Notes: a model not told the origin generated them from the sequence alone. A stretch of DNA of 62,660 bases, filler included, from Thelocarpon superellum (GCA_026025795.1; 5 parts of 5 records of this genome joined end to end with filler, not necessarily neighbours in it), one strand, 5' to 3'. Shown: positions 46,857 through 60,994, counted from the whole stretch's first letter. A program made the numbers and translations.

Positions 46857-47774
46857 ATGGTGGAGGATCGCATCTCAAGCGGACATGTTCGTAGTGGACG
46901 ACGGCGGGAGGGATCCTGCGAGATACGTATGAGTTTTCGCGCTCGGGATCCACCCCGTGAAATATGAAAGGTCCTCGGTAATAACACCCTGTTAGCTTGG
47001 ATACACGGGGTGCTCTCGAACACGTGGGAGTCTGCATGTCGTTATACGGTGGAGAGATGAGCGGGGTGCTCCTAGATGCACCGGCGGACCAACTGATCAA
47101 CACACCGGGGGCACCGGGGCCCGACGGCCAACACGGGCAAATATCATAATTCATTCATAGATGCGTCGTGACATAACTCTTGCGCGAACTCATATGACCA
47201 CTGATCAAGGGTAAAAATCTTTCAAAGCTCGCTGGGGTGACGGAATCCAAAGATCCTAGGATAAATCAGACGGTCGCCCAGAGACGACCAAACTCCACGA
47301 GACAGCGTGGGGGCGGCCCAGGCTCCCAGCTTCGCGTCCATTAGAATCGATATGGCGACGGCAGATGAAATGACGCTGCGCTAGGGTGACGAGAAGGACA
47401 AAGGAAAGACCACCTCCACCTCCATCACCACCAACACCACCAATCACCACGTCCCCTGGCGAGGCATGAAAAAACAACCCGGCTGTGCCGAGAGAAAAAC
47501 CATGCCCCCCTGAAGCAGCTCCAGTGGAAGAAAATGCGAATCAAGACGCAAGGGCGGAAAGATGGGAGGGAAGAGAAAACGGAAGCGTGGTAGTTGTCGA
47601 GCGACGCAGGGAAAATAACATGGCCGCCCAGGAAGATTGCAAAGATCGACGTGTAGAGCTGAAAGACCGGATGCTGTTCAGATCGAAGCCATCACTCGAT
47701 CTCGTCTCGCCATTCCACGACCGCATTCCACCTCCTTCTCACCTCTCCTCCCCGGCCTCGACCCGCTTCTCCTC

Positions 47775-49594
47775 TCACATGACACGACAGACAATGTCGT
47801 GCGGAGCGGACGCTTCAGGTTTTTGGCTTACTTTTTTTGCCGGCCGTCCCCGAGTCCCGGCGGTCCACGCTAACATCGACGGTAACTTGGGTGGTGGCGC
47901 CTTTTTCCCCGGATGGAGTACCACGACTCCGGCCGCCCCAGCGGGAGCACCAGGGGCCGGCGGTGGCGGTGGTGGCACCGCGCCGTGGCCTTTGGCTGCG
48001 GCCTTACCCGCCTGAGGCTTCGACGGGGCCGCGACGATGTTGGGGGGCCCCTTGGGAGTGACCAGAACCACTTGCTCGGGACCGTCGGGTTCGGGTGCCT
48101 TCCCCGCCTCCGGTTCCCCATCCTTCGCCGCCGGTGGGTCGGGAATAGGCCACATGTGCATGGTGATGGCCCAATCGGGTTCGATAATCGTCTCCCACAC
48201 CTGGGGCAAGATGATCTCGCCGTCAGGGCCAATCAGATCGTAGTGACCTTCGGCCACGTGCGGACCAATCACGTCGATATGGGCGAAGGCTTGCCGGATG
48301 AGATCTTCCATGCCCTATTGTCATCGTTAGCGCAGGCGAACCCCGACCGGGAGTGGAGCGAGGACATACCGCCCAAGTCTGGCAGAGGTGAAAAGGGAAA
48401 CTGAATTTCCTCCCGACCGCGTCCTTGAATTTGATCGGCTTCTTCTTCTCCTCCTTGGGTTTCGGGGCGGCGGCGGCTGCTTCCTTTGCCGCCGCGGCCT
48501 CTTTGGCGGCTGCCTCGTCATCCGCCTTCTTCTTGGCCGCGGCCTCCTCGGCAGCCTTCAGGTCGGCGGCCCTCTTCTCCTCCGCCTCCTTTCGCGCCCT
48601 GGCTTCCTTTTCTTCTGCCTCCCGCTTTTGATCCAGAAGGATCTTCTCGAGGCGTAGAAACTTTTCGTCGTCTTTGGACACGTCTGAGCGTGAAGGTGGG
48701 CGCGGTACGCCGGCCGGAGAAGGCATGACCTGGTAGTAAAGGGGTGGTGTCATTGGGCCGCCCACGCCATAGCCCGGGGGATGGTTGTAGTAGTAACCAC
48801 CACCCTGCCCGTAGGGCATCACGTCTTGCCCGCCGTAGTGCCCACGCCCGGCCATGGGATTGGCCATGGGCGCACCGTGCTGGCTTGGCGGAAAGTATCC
48901 CCCACCACCGGCGGCCGAGGAAGCATAGCCCTGCGGAGGGTATCCATAACCATTGTGGCCGGAGAAGGGAATCAATTGACTGGCGCCGCCGCCGACAACA
49001 CTCTCACCGGAGTAGGGGCTGTAGGCGGGAGCGGAGGTATAGCTAGGAGCGTAGCCAGCTGGGGGCCCCTCGCCAGCCCGCCACTGACTGTGCGATCGTG
49101 GGCGAGGCGGCGGCGGCGGGCCCCGGCCGTAGCCCGGATAGTCGTCGGCCGGGTCCACACTTTCGGGGGAGACCGGCACGGGCGGCCGATGCGCACGGGA
49201 CGGGGGTCGTTGGTGTAGGACACGCTCGCGGAGATCGTGGCGGCGTGAAGGCTGACGAATGGGCAGGCCACGCGGATCTCCTACCGGACGATGCTGGTTC
49301 GCGGTTCGTGGTCGAGAGGCCGAATCCGACGGTCCAATGTCATCCGGATACGCGTCGAGGACCCAGCCGTCGCTCTCGTCCAACGACTCGGCGTACTCGT
49401 GGCTGCCGACGCCGGAGGACGGAGAGACGTGGACACCGGTGTCTGAGGAGTCCTCTTCGTCCGAGTAGGAGTTGGAGGTGGAGCGCTCGGAATCGTTCCC
49501 GTGATGATCAATGGTAATGTTAATCCTGTCGGCAACCTCGTCAGCGATGCGTCACGACGTGCGCGGGTTTCGGGCGGTAAGTCACTCACGGCAT
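47775..49594 (-). CDS. Fungal protein with Pro/Gly/Tyr-rich region, coiled coil and ubiquitin-like domain (often annotated 'KAP-like')
   Basis: 5-nt first exon ATGCC, intron 49526-49589. KKPIKFKDAVGRKFSFPFHLCQTWA|GMEDLIRQAF..GHYDLIGPDGEIILPQVWETIIEPDWAITMHMWP. The 3' end is uncertain (possible extra intron at gtaagc near 47830). Confidence 0.8.
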
Positions 49595-49659
49595 TGGCAC
49601 CTCGGGGGTTGCACGCCGCCTTCCTCGCCACGGTCTTCCGGCGCGAGAATCGGCGACTG

Positions 49660-49686
49660 AGGGGCCAGGGGCCAGGGGCCAGGGGC
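49660..49686. repeat. (AGGGGCC)4 tandem heptamer upstream of the ubiquitin-like-domain gene
   Basis: Read directly from the sequence. Four AGGGG/CCCCT cores. Confidence 0.85.
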
Positions 49687-50148
49687 GTGGGGAGGTCGGC
49701 AGGGATCGCGGGGGAGGCTCACGCCTCGCCGCAGGTGGACCGCGCAATTGAATTCACCCGTGCAACGGCGGAGTGCGGGACGGTCACGACGGCGGCGGCC
49801 GCACAGAGGATGAGAGACGAGCAAGTGCGACGGGAGGTTGATGGGAGGCCCGTGGGTGGAGAGAGGAAAGTCACGCAGTCCGGAGCGGACGAAAGGGCGA
49901 GGTGTCTCCCCGGCTGTCGGTTACCAGATTCACGAAGCGGACCGTCCTCGTGTGGTGGGCGGGCGCCAAGTGGGATCAGGCGGAAGGAGGGGGGGGGAGC
50001 TCGGTAGTCGCTCTCGAGGGGAGCCGACCCCCCTTACTTGGGCGGGCGAATGGAGCCGGCCGTTTGCGTTAGAGGGCTGACTCTATGCGAGGGTACCAGT
50101 GCGTCCAAATTATCGAGAGATTTGATGCAGTGCAGCAGCAAGACCAAG

Positions 50149-50248
50149 NNNNNNNNNNNNNNNNNNNNNNNNNNNNNNNNNNNNNNNNNNNNTTAATTAA
50201 TTAANNNNNNNNNNNNNNNNNNNNNNNNNNNNNNNNNNNNNNNNNNNN
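50149..50248. other. Artificial contig spacer
   Basis: N44-TTAATTAATTAA-N44. Confidence 0.98.
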
Positions 50249-50773
50249 GGGCTTAATCTTTTCCTGGGGCTGGCCCGAGTCTTTCCTTCATGATTGAGCC
50301 ACAAGTACGCATGGGAGAGACCGTTGCAGCTTCGGCAAGCGGCGGCTTACACGGGACGAGACAGCCAGGCTGCTTGCAAAGCCCCCGGTTGGCTAGTGCC
50401 TTGCGTCATTATGCCGAGCTTCTCGTGCCAGAGGTGCCAAACCTGCCTTGAGTTGTACCAATGCCATGCCTCGTGGATCTCGAACCCTGCCACGTCTTGA
50501 CGCGCTACCATACTCTCTGCTCAACTACGCCACCGTTCTGGCGTAGTGTGGTCGGCGCATGACTTCCTTGACATCGGTTCAGGGTCCACGGGTTATGACG
50601 AATGTCTTCTCCAGACGCAATGCGAGCAGTGGATCCTTGGCACGTCGTCCGTGCGTACGAGTAGCCGCGAAAGTGCCCACGAGCGCAGAACGAGTAAACG
50701 AAGGCAGCTACGTCATTGCCGTGCTTCCCTGGATCAGTGACGACAGATGCCAGCAAGAGCGGGGTGAGCTGTC

Positions 50774-50780
50774 TATAAGA
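50774..50780 (+). promoter_or_regulatory. TATA-like box of HSP12
   Basis: TATAAGA about 130 nt upstream of the ATG, followed by a CT/CA-rich leader. Confidence 0.5.
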
Positions 50781-50905
50781 ACGCCATCTGCCACAGACTC
50801 TCCACACGTTTTTCTTCTAATCGCAGTTCATCTGTCACACACACAAATAAAACTACCCCAATCAAGAATCTTTCTCAAGTCTCTCATCTCTTCACCACTG
50901 CCATC

Positions 50906-51333
50906 ATGTCTGACCCCGGCCGCAAGGATTTCTCGACCAGTACGTTCACGGATCTCTGAGCCTCGACCGGGACTAATACGTACACAGAGGCGAAGGAAGA
51001 GATTACGCCTGACTCGTCCAAGTCCACCCAGGAGAAGGTCAAGGAGACCTTCACGGACACCACCGACCGCTTCGCTCGGTAGGACGACCTACCCTTACCA
51101 ATGCCAAGGTCCGTGCTAACGTCTTGCAGTGGTGCGCAGACGGACGAGTCAAAGTCCACCGGACAGTCTGCATTCGATAAGGTCCAGCGCACTTCGGACC
51201 GTGAGGGCCATGGCGGCACCGACCAGAGCCTGTACGTTTTACATTCGGCAAAGATAATCGTTGACGCTCGCTGACTGTCCTGCTCAACAGTCTCGACAAG
51301 GCTAAGAATGCAGTTGGAATCAACAAACACTAG
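50906..51333 (+). CDS. HSP12: Small heat-shock/hydrophilin Hsp12/Hsp9, 4 exons (absent from the ORF track)
   Basis: Spliced product MSDPGRKDFSTKAKEEITPDSSKSTQEKVKETFTDTTDRFARGAQTDESKSTGQSAFDKVQRTSDREGHGGTDQSLLDKAKNAVGINKH*. Three canonical introns with CTAAT/CTAAC/CTGAC branch sites. Confidence 0.93.
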
Positions 51334-52611
51334 ATTTTCCGGATGATCTAGCCACGGATCGTCGACACGAAGCTATGATACCATGGATGCAGGGTGGGTG
51401 GCGAAGCAAGCTGGACATAGGATGTTGCTAGGCTACGATAACTAGTGCAATGAGAAGAAACCCTCCAACTCAATCACTAAACATGCACAATGAATTCTTA
51501 CTATCCCACGCACGTGTCACGAAAAAGAATTTGTTACTGTGTTTGGACTTTTTCTCGGATGTTCAATCGCGTAGTGTCCACTTCACTTTACGCGGCGCGT
51601 CAAGTTTTGCAGTTAATCCTGTAGGCATGTATATCCTGATGAACATAAGCTTTTCAAAGTAGACTTCAACAATGAGGTTGCATTGATGGTACTTCAGCTT
51701 GTTTGGCTTGATTCGTGGGTACCGGAGCTTACAGGAAAGTGCTGAGCTTGAAGATGGAACACCTGAGTTTTATCTAAACTGCTGCGGGCTAGTATGTGGC
51801 CGTGAGCTGCACCTGGAAATTCTAGATGCTCGCACAGATTACAATACCCCGGCTACCTCCTGGCCCTTGCAAGAGTAGGAGAGTAGTTTGAAGCCCCAGT
51901 GGCGTCGTGACACGCATTGGGCCAAGGCGGTTGTTATGGATCAGGTCGTAGATCAGTACAGCTCACGCATGGAGCATCGAAGCTAAAGTTGTCTACCACT
52001 CCTCCTACTCCGGACGCGGCACTAGAATCCGGGATGTATGGTGGGGCCTATAACGGTACGGTTGAAGCACTTCTGCAGGTGAACTCGCCATCTGCTATCC
52101 AATCGGTTCGGCCCCGGTTGGCGACGCCTCACTCCACCTCCGCAGAGCTCCTGCGGCGCCTGTATTCCCGTACCCACGGAAGAGGCACAGAGAAGTTGAA
52201 ACTCCAGGGATCGCTCCGTACGCTGTTCACTTGTAGCCCTGTGCCACCGCCACTTCTCCCCCACGCCCTCCAGCTCCTCGGCGCTTGCGCCAAGATGTCG
52301 CTTCTCGACGACAGCGAGACATGACTCTTAGGCCGCCAACAGGACCATCGTCGTCGCCATCGTGCCTCCCCGCCTCTTGGGCCCCCCATCAATTCCTCCA
52401 TCCATCTCGCTCCTACTATGGTGCCGCGAGAAGCGTCATAGCCCACCGTGCATCAGTACCCTTCCCTCGTACCCTTGGCACTCTCCGGACCGCCGCGGTC
52501 CTTGGCACCCAACCATCTCGTGGTTTCTGACCCCACCCTGATCAATTGCCCGTTCCCATTCCCCCTTCGCCTCTGGTTCGTCACTCCGTCACCGTCTCGA
52601 CCATCGGCGCG

Positions 52612-54592
52612 ATGGCGGAGTCCAAGCTCATGAGTCTGTCCTATGACCTGCGCTCATTGCTCCTCAGCTACGTACGTGACGCACCGCAGGCACTCCGTGT
52701 TCCGCGGTTTTCGACGGCGATCTGACCACGAGCCTTGCAGATAATACGACCTGGGGATCTCAAATCATTATGCTTGACCTGCAAGGACCTGCGAGACATT
52801 GCCATCCGACAATTGTATCGCAAGGTGGAGATTGACATTGGCTCGCAGTCCGATCTCAAGCTTTCGGCCTTCCTCGGACGCAACAATCCCGGCCTCCCCT
52901 TTGTCCGGACGCTGATCTTGAATCCTGATGTCGACACGTACATTCCCTCGCCACGATCCTCCCCGTCACCGCCGCCGCCGCCGCCTCCCCCACCGCTCAT
53001 CGTCATGGGCGGTCCCCCGCCCCCGCCTCCACCGATGCAGGCTCCGCCGGGTCGACGGGAACCGTCAGTGGTTATTGAGAGCCGTCGGTGGAACCCGGCC
53101 CATTTCACCGTCAGCATCCTCCTCGAGCTCCTCCCCGAGAACATCCTCGAGAAGTTCCAGTACGTGCTGCGACCCCTTGTGCCCTGCACATGCGCCTCGC
53201 CCCACTCACGCTGATCGCGGTGAGCAGGTGGACGAGCTATGACGAGTTCTCGGCCGACAACTTTGTGCTGTTGTGCAAGAAGCAACGGAAGCTGTCGTGC
53301 ATCGAAGTGGGTCCGATGGACATGTGCTTGCTCCAGGCGTTGGACAAGGAGCCCGAGGTGCTCAAGAATCTCCATGACCTGCACGCGCTCGACCTCTACC
53401 CGGATAATGCGGATTGCCTCCAAACGTGTGCGAAGATGCTCGAGTGCGCGCCGAAGCTGGACGAGCTCTGGATCGAGTCGTGCTTTCCGCCGCACCGTGG
53501 CGCCCCGCCAGAAGATGAGCCCAACCACGAGGACGAAAGCAACAAGCCGGGACTCATCACCAGCACACTCTTTCGCGGCCGGCTTCCTTTCCAGACGTGT
53601 ACGCCCATGACGCTCAAATATCTCTCGCTGGGCAAGATCGATCTACGCTGGGCGGCGCAGACGTACATGAAGGTGGTCAAGTTTCCCAGCCTCGAGCACC
53701 TCGAGGTCCGCAGCTGCCCGGGCTCCGACGCCCTCTTCGCCGAGATGACGAAGCCGGCCAAGCAGCCGGTCAATCTCAAGTCGCTCAAGTTCTCGCACCT
53801 CGAGGACGGCCGGCACTACGCCCTCTCGGCTTTGGAGAACTTCCTGCGCGCCATCTCGAGCTTGACGGAGCTGTACCTCAGTTTCACCGGACTGCACCCC
53901 TTGCCCAAGATCGACGCGGTCTGCAAGCAAGGCGAGAAGCTGCGGACGCTGATCGTGCAATCGACGTCGCCGGGGGTCGGGGCGACGTGGCCGGCGTACT
54001 CCAAGGACGAGGTCAAGCGACTGTGCAAGGACTGCGCGAATCTCGAGCAGCTGGCCATCGCCTTCCCCCCCACGGCGGTGCTGGAGGAACGAGTCAGTCC
54101 GCGGTTCGGCGAGTTTGCGGTGGGTGCATCGCTCCTGGCGCGCGAGTGTTGCTAACGGGTGGACAGACGACGCTGTTCGCGCTCCGACGGCTCACGACGC
54201 TCAGCATCACGTCGTGGCCGGAGCGGTCCCTGGGCTCGGGCTTCGATGCGCCGACGTGGCAAGGCACGCTGTCGATGGACGTGTACATCTACGAGATCCG
54301 GCGGATCGCGCAATGGGTGTTTGATCGCAAGACGGAGTACGCGGAGAAGCACGAGGTGGCGTCGCGACTGCGAGTGGTGGCGTTTGGGGGCACGCCCAAG
54401 CTGGCGACGGTGTCGGGGGTGTCGGGCACGCTGCCACAGCTGGCGTACATGCAGGGCCAGTTGATCGATCCGTTCGGCCTCCGGTCCACCGTCGCCCTCC
54501 CCGTCAAGCCGGCGCTCGTCAAATACGCCGAACCGGACTCTGAGATCCTGACGTGTGCGTTCGGCCACATACCGATCATCTTCTACGAATGA
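52612..54592 (+). CDS. F-box protein with LRR-like C-terminal region, 4 exons
   Basis: MAESKLMSLSYDLRSLLLSY|IIRPGDLKSLCLTCKDLRDIAIRQLYRKV is an F-box. LxxLxL repeats follow (LKYLSL, LEHLEV, LKSLKF, LTELYL, LRTLIV, LEQLAI). Poly-Pro insert. Confidence 0.8.
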
Positions 54593-55067
54593 CCCTCACT
54601 GACCGCTTGATGCTGGCAGACGTCTTCAGCGCACGTATACCTCCCGATTGAGAGCTGTGGGCTGCGTCGCGGGACGGGGGGTGCGGGGACAGACACACCG
54701 GCAGCGGTCTTGTCCTACTGGCGCGACCACGCAACCATGAGGAGCATCATGAGCCTCTCGGCCACGGCCATTTTACGTGATTTGTCGACCGCTCTATCGT
54801 GTCGCTCTTGTGGATCTTGCACCGGACCTGAACATGATTGGAAAGGGAATCCCGTGCAGGAAATACTGGCACGGGCAGCAAGAAAATATGGGACTGGCAG
54901 GGGATGGAGAAAAAGGATCGAAACTGGCTTGACCGGACATGGCTGGACCTGCAATGAAGCGACGTAGCTAAGGCGACGAAATGAATGATGATGATGATGA
55001 TGACGATGAGCAAGGCCAGCAATCAGGATAATCCAAGGGACGAAAGCCGAGTAGTGGCGGGGCACCA

Positions 55068-56056
55068 TCAATCATATTCATCCGGCACAAACGCCCCCAC
55101 GGCCTGACCGGGGACGCCATCGGCATTCAACGCCGGCTGCGAAGCCAGCAATGCCTGAATGGTAAAGAAGACGCAAATGCGACCAGCAGGTGGCGGAGGA
55201 ATGGGCGGAAATGCGGCAGTCGAACTGGTCGAGGCGTCCGGCGGTGGAGAATCGAGAGGAGAATTCGGAGAAGAGTCGGGATCAGGAACACGAACAAGGT
55301 TCGGGTCAGCATCTGCGTCGTAGCCTGACTTGTAGTTGATGGCAAGTACAAACACCCGGTAGCTGTCCAAGAGGCGATACGATGGGTTTTGGTCGGGCAC
55401 ATTGTGGATGTGGATGTTGGCTTGTGGGGTGGATAGGTCTCTGCTGGCGTGGGTCTGGTCCGGCTCGCTCGGCTCCTGGGTTTGCTCGTTGTCGAGGGCG
55501 GCGGTGCCCAGGTCGCACACGTACAAGATGCCGAGATTCCCCACGTCTACGAATCTCGTTTGCCCCGTCTGGTTGACGCCGTTGCTCTGCAGCGTCGATG
55601 GCGTCGTATTGGCCGCGGTGAAGGCTAGCGCGCCGCTTTCTTCTTCCATGTACGTGTATTGTCCGAATGGATTGGCGACGTCCTTTGTCGACGTGGACGA
55701 GAGGCGTGAGCATGGTTCCGGGAGAGTTGGAGCGGTGCTTGGTATAGGGGCAACAGGATATGCTAAGAGAGGTCACCTACCAGGGCCCATCCATGCGTAG
55801 GGTCTGGTCGCCACGTGGTACCCAGAGGTCCTTCATCCTCGCATCCCGTGGGGCTCGAGGGACACGAGAAGCGCGCCGTCGTGTTCAGCCATATCCCGCC
55901 ATCCCTGGCCTGCAGCTCCAGGCCATCCAGACCCGCCTGGTACACGGCGGTGGAGTTCTCGATCGTCCAGATGTACCGTGGATGATTGCCGACGAGCGCC
56001 GCTGAGGCACGTGTCCAGACGGGGAGAAGAGCAAGGTTCCGACATCGGGCGGTCAT
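55068..56056 (-). CDS. Putative secreted protein, distantly PhiA/IgE-binding-protein-like
   Basis: Hydrophobic N-terminus; LQARDGGIWL..FSCPS..C..WAL|DVANPFGQYTY..GALAFTAA. Intron 55683-55780 keeps the frame (92 + 205 codons). Confidence 0.6.
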
Positions 56057-56863
56057 GTTAGAGGCCCGTTAGGGAGTCGGTGGTAGGTGCAACGGAAGCG
56101 GTCGTGCAAGACGCAGGAGATGCAGCACAGCACGCGTGTTCCTAGTCACGGATCATGGTAATAGAAATCTATGATGAAGAGCAGTACGAGTACTCTTCTC
56201 ATCTAATGCCACACGGCCATCGGATATCTCATCTGGTGCGCAGGATGCGTCGCTCGAGTCCCTGGGGGAATCCACGCTCGGGCTAGGCCACGCGCACGCG
56301 GCCAGTGTGCATCCAGAAACATCGGAATGGAACTGGACTGTCCAGAGTGCCAGGGTACCGGGGTGCCGGGGTGCGTGTGAGCTAATTATGACAGCATAGC
56401 GGACACCCTCCGAGCCTAGAACAGTGAGGCTATTACGAGTGGCATCTGCTCTGTAGTAAGGTCGACATTCACCGTGAATCTATACTACGTCGATCCGTCA
56501 GCACCATGATTACCCGTTCCAAGTAGCGATGTTTCGTACTGCTACGGGATCCCTTGGTACGAGGTCGCTGCTCTACGATGGTTTTGATGACCGAGATGGC
56601 CAGATGACTCTTTCGACTTCAGACTTGGATGTGAGTGGAGACTTTCATGCTGAACAAGTCCACTGTCAGCTTACATCCCATATCAATGTGGCCGCTGGGT
56701 CTCTTTCGTCACGCACGCCCAACTATCTCGCATCATCCAAGCCTCTTGGCCGCCCTTCTCTTCTCCGCCCGCCATATGCTTCTTCTCTCCCTGAAGCATC
56801 TCGTCCGAATTCTCCTGTGAGAGCAGCGGAAGAGCTGATCGCATCACTCTTCTGACGCCTCGA

Positions 56864-59800
56864 TCATGAAGACATCTGTTGTGCCTGGCACAAGTCCCAC
56901 TACCGTCCCCGTCGTTCCAATAAGCTCGAGTGGCTCCCCTGCTCCACGACCCGACCGGCTTCCAGAACAAAGATCCGATCCGCCTCTCGGACGGTGGACA
57001 ATCAATGAGCAATGACGACGGTCGTTCGACCTTTCGACGCATGATCCAGCGCCTGCTGCACCACTCGTTCGCTCTCTGTATCGAGCGCGCTTGTCGCCTC
57101 GGCGAGCAGCAAGACCATCGGGTCGCGGAGAAGGGCACGCGCGATGGCGAGCCGTCGACTTTACCCGCCGCTCAGCGCGAGGCCGCGACTACCACATGGC
57201 GTGTCGTATCCGGCAGGCAGAGAAGTGACGAAGTCGTGGATGTTGCCGTCGCGACATGCTTGAATCATCCGAGACTCTAACGTGTCGTCGGGCACGCTGA
57301 ACATCACATTCTCACGAACGCTTCCGTGGAACAGCGTCCTGCGACACGAGACTGACCTACGCGTCGAGGTCAGAGGCGATGAACAGAGAACACACCAAGC
57401 AGGTCTAGACTCTCCGCCAGTCCGTAAAAGATCATCGTCAACGCCGTATGTCGATACAACTTCCGCACCGGCGGCCGGAGACGGTCCGCATACCGGGCCA
57501 GCACTTCCGACTGTATCCCAAGAGCAGAGACGGTCCGGATGGCGCCCACGGCTTCGGACGCGAAACGGGCGCTCTCCAAGTACTGTTTGGCCGTCACGTC
57601 CTCGCCATGCATCTCCAGCCGCATGCGGATGAAGCCGGCGAGGAAGACGGCGGGCAGACAGCCACACAGCGACACCAGAGTCAGTTTCCACGCGAAGATC
57701 AACGAGAGAACCGCACAGCCGATGAGATTCACGACGACGATGCCGATCATGCCCAAATTGACCGAGAGAAGATCTTGCAGGCTCTGGTTGTTCGTCGAGA
57801 GCTGGGCCGTCGACGCCCCAGTGGAGTGGCCCTCGGCGCCGAAGAAGAGAGATGTCTTGAGCCCAGATGGAGGAAAAGTACTCCTTGCGGTTGGAGTGGG
57901 AGGCCATGGAGCCGCAATAGTCAAGAAGTAGCCTATGCTTGCATAGGCCACCAACGTCGCCAAAGCGAGCATCAAGAACATGAGCGCCCAGAAAGCGATC
58001 CCTCGCTGCAGCGATGCACCGGTCGACTGAAAGAGGACCATGACGTCGGAAAAGAGGATGGCTTCGGCGGGAAAGACGCCGCCGGCACACTACCCCCAGG
58101 TCGCTCGCTGCTGCCGGAGCATATTCTAGGGGCATCGGAGCAAGAAGAGCTTTCGAGCAATGTCATGGGGCCCGACCTCTGGCAACGACGCTGTCGTCCA
58201 ACCAATCTCTTTCGTCTCACGGCCTAGGCCTTCTGAAGCGTCCTTGACGTCTTTCCCGCGTTCGAACTGGGGGCCCTCTCGATTCTGCGCCTGCACGAGT
58301 CAGGCGTAGGCCCCGGTAGCGGCAAGGAGGGTCTCGTGCGTTCCCTGCTCGACCACTCGCCCTTCCCCGATGACGACGACCTTGTCCGCGCGCCGAACTG
58401 TTGAGAGCCGATGCGCAATGATGATGGTCGTGCGCGACCGCATGATCTTCTTCAGCGCCAAGGTCGCTTCATCCAAGAGCAGGATCTTGGGATTCGCGAT
58501 GACGCTACGCGCAATGGCGATCCGCTGTCGCCCGCCGCCACTGAGCCTTCCGGCCCGCTCGCCGATCATGGTGTGATATCCCTCCGGCAATCGTTGGATG
58601 AAGTCGTCGGCGTCGGCTTCGATGCATGCCTGTCGGACCATTGTCATGTTCTCTTCCCATGCTTCCCCTGGACGAGCCGGAATCGTGCAGGCTGTAGACG
58701 ACATTCTGAAAGATCGTATCGTCGAAGAGCATCGGCTCCTGCTGGACAAAGCCCATCTGCCTCCGGAGCCATTCGACATTCGGATGTTTCACGTCGACGC
58801 CATCAAGGAAGACGTGGCCGTGGCTGGGATCGTACCACCGCTCCAGCAAGGACATGACGGTGCTCTTTCCACTTCGGCTGCCGCCCACCAGCGCGGTGAC
58901 CTGATTGGGTTCGAAGGTCAAGTGGGCATCGTGCAACACCTGGGAATCCGGACGAGCAGGAAAGCAAACGAGACATTCCGAAGCTCCAGCTTGCCCACAA
59001 GATGGGAGATCTGTCGCCCTCCTTGGTTGCTCACGGTATCAATTCGGGGCTCCTGAGTCATCATGGCGGGGACCTCGCGCGTTGCTACGGCTGCTCGGGA
59101 GTACTGGACGATGTAGGGAGCGATCATGGTGAGAGCAAAGGTGGCAATGACGACGGCAAACATGACGCTACCCCATCAGCTAGGCGGTCAATGGCAGATT
59201 GATACCTTTGGACGTGCGTGATAATAGCTCCACCGTCCGCAACTGCGCCGTCCCGGAGCAGATGCACCCCGAACCAGACCGTCAGCGCATAGGTGGCGAG
59301 CATGATGAAGAACTCGGCGCTGAATTGCAGCCCGGCCAAGGGACCCCTTCGGAAGGAAAGCTCTGAGGCTGGGCGAGGACGGCCTCGTATTTTCGGACGA
59401 GCTTGTCGTGTGCTTGGCAGGTCATGACCTTGCTGATGCTCGCGAGCGCCTCCTCCATGAAGCCACTGGCTTGGATGTAGAGCTCTTGAATCCGGCTATC
59501 GAGCCGAGCGTCCAGGGTGACGGTGATGCCGATGGCGAGCACAGCGAGCGGGATGGACGTCATGGCCACCAAGGCCAGCTTCCAGCTGCGGGAGAAGGAC
59601 GCAACGAGCATGGCCACGTCTTGCACGGTAATGCCGACCTTGTCCGCCATGCCGACCTGGATGAAACTCGCCTTGTTGGGAGACCCTGGCCGCAATGGCC
59701 CCCGACAAACACTGATCACAGTAAGACATGTCCTGCCGCAACGTCGCACGGATGTATTCCAGGCGCGGCGTCCGGGTTGTCCAGATGGCAGTGATGGGAA

Positions 59801-59920
59801 AGGCCGCGGTATGAAAGTAGACCAGCTATGAAGGGGTATCGGCGAGGCTGATTCGTGCATGGGCTTTCTCACTGCTTGGCTAGACGGGCCGTCCACCGCG
59901 TAGGTCTCGGTCATGTTCAT
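56864..59920 (-). pseudogene. Degenerate ABCB/MDR1-type multidrug transporter
   Basis: Fragments in shifting frames: [67 protein letters not shown] (SALD segment missing), TMD2 fragments, [14 protein letters not shown], a stop in GR*WDLCQAQ. NBD2 Walker A region is deleted. The 5' boundary is uncertain and may extend to about 60200. Confidence 0.88.
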
Positions 59921-60994
59921 TCAAGGGTCTGTGGAACTTCGGGCGGGTAAGAAAGTAGGGGGAATGGGAAACAGAGGTGCCTGGATTGCGCGATGCCCTG
60001 GCACATGCAGGGGAGTATCATGCATGACCCCGCAAGGCTTCTGCAGTCTGACAAGCTTCATATGAACACTCCTGGAGACGCGGTGGAGGATAGCAAAAGA
60101 GGAGAGTATGATATCACAATCGTCACGGCTATTTCGGAACAGGGGATGGAGCTGATTCTTGCTGTGATATCCTCCACGACGGCCGAGTCCTCGCCCTTGC
60201 TCCGGCACGCATACCCGGAGGTATCAGAGAAGTAGAGGTCATGTACAGGCAGGAGACAGAAGATATGTTCATCGCGAAGCCGCATCGATGTGTCTCATCA
60301 CGATACTGCTCGTAGGGCGTATCGCGTAGTCATCTCGTATCTCGGATCCGAAAGTAGAATTTCGCCTGTGACGGGAAGTTCCGCGCGTGGCTGCCGTTGG
60401 TGGTGCTCGTATCTCGTATGCCATGCATCTGGCTAGGTCGGTTAGAGCGTTCCCTGAGACCTGATAGGCCAATGATGACAAACGGGCAGCAGCCCACAAT
60501 GACGCGGCCGTTGGAGCTTCATGGTGGAATTCCAGTCAGCATCGGCCGGTCCTGACAAATCTTAGGGGACTTCGAAAGTAGATGCCGGGAGGTCAGCATC
60601 TCTGCCGCAGCTGCACGAGAGCTGGCGGATGGTTCATGAGGACGGATCGAAGAACTATTCATGGAAGCGCAGGGGCTTCCGGCGGGGGCCGGGGCAGACG
60701 GATCAGGCTACCCTCCAAGGTTCTCAGCTGGGGCTTAGGGCTTGAGGCTTGGGGCTGAGGCGTGTCGTCTGTCGTGTGCATCCCAGCAGGGTTCAACGGT
60801 AATCACCAAGCTTGTGGCAGGACCCGTAGACTCGACAACGGTTAAATATCAGGCCGTGCATTCGCTCGTATTCGTATGTATGCTGTCCATTGTCCGCCCG
60901 GGACGACCATCATTCATGAATCATGATGGGCCATCACCTCCCTCATCGCTCCTAGCTCAGAGCGTGCCATCCATCTCGCGGCGTGTGAAAGATC

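Noticed and set aside
56170..56240. ATGATGA plus a small hairpin (GAAGAG..CTCTTC) as a possible C/D snoRNA
   Set aside because: No convincing box D, terminal stem or guide sequence.
60730..60760. Degenerate GGCTTAG/GGCTTGA heptamers resembling telomeric repeat
   Set aside because: Too short and degenerate, with only a single TTAGGG.
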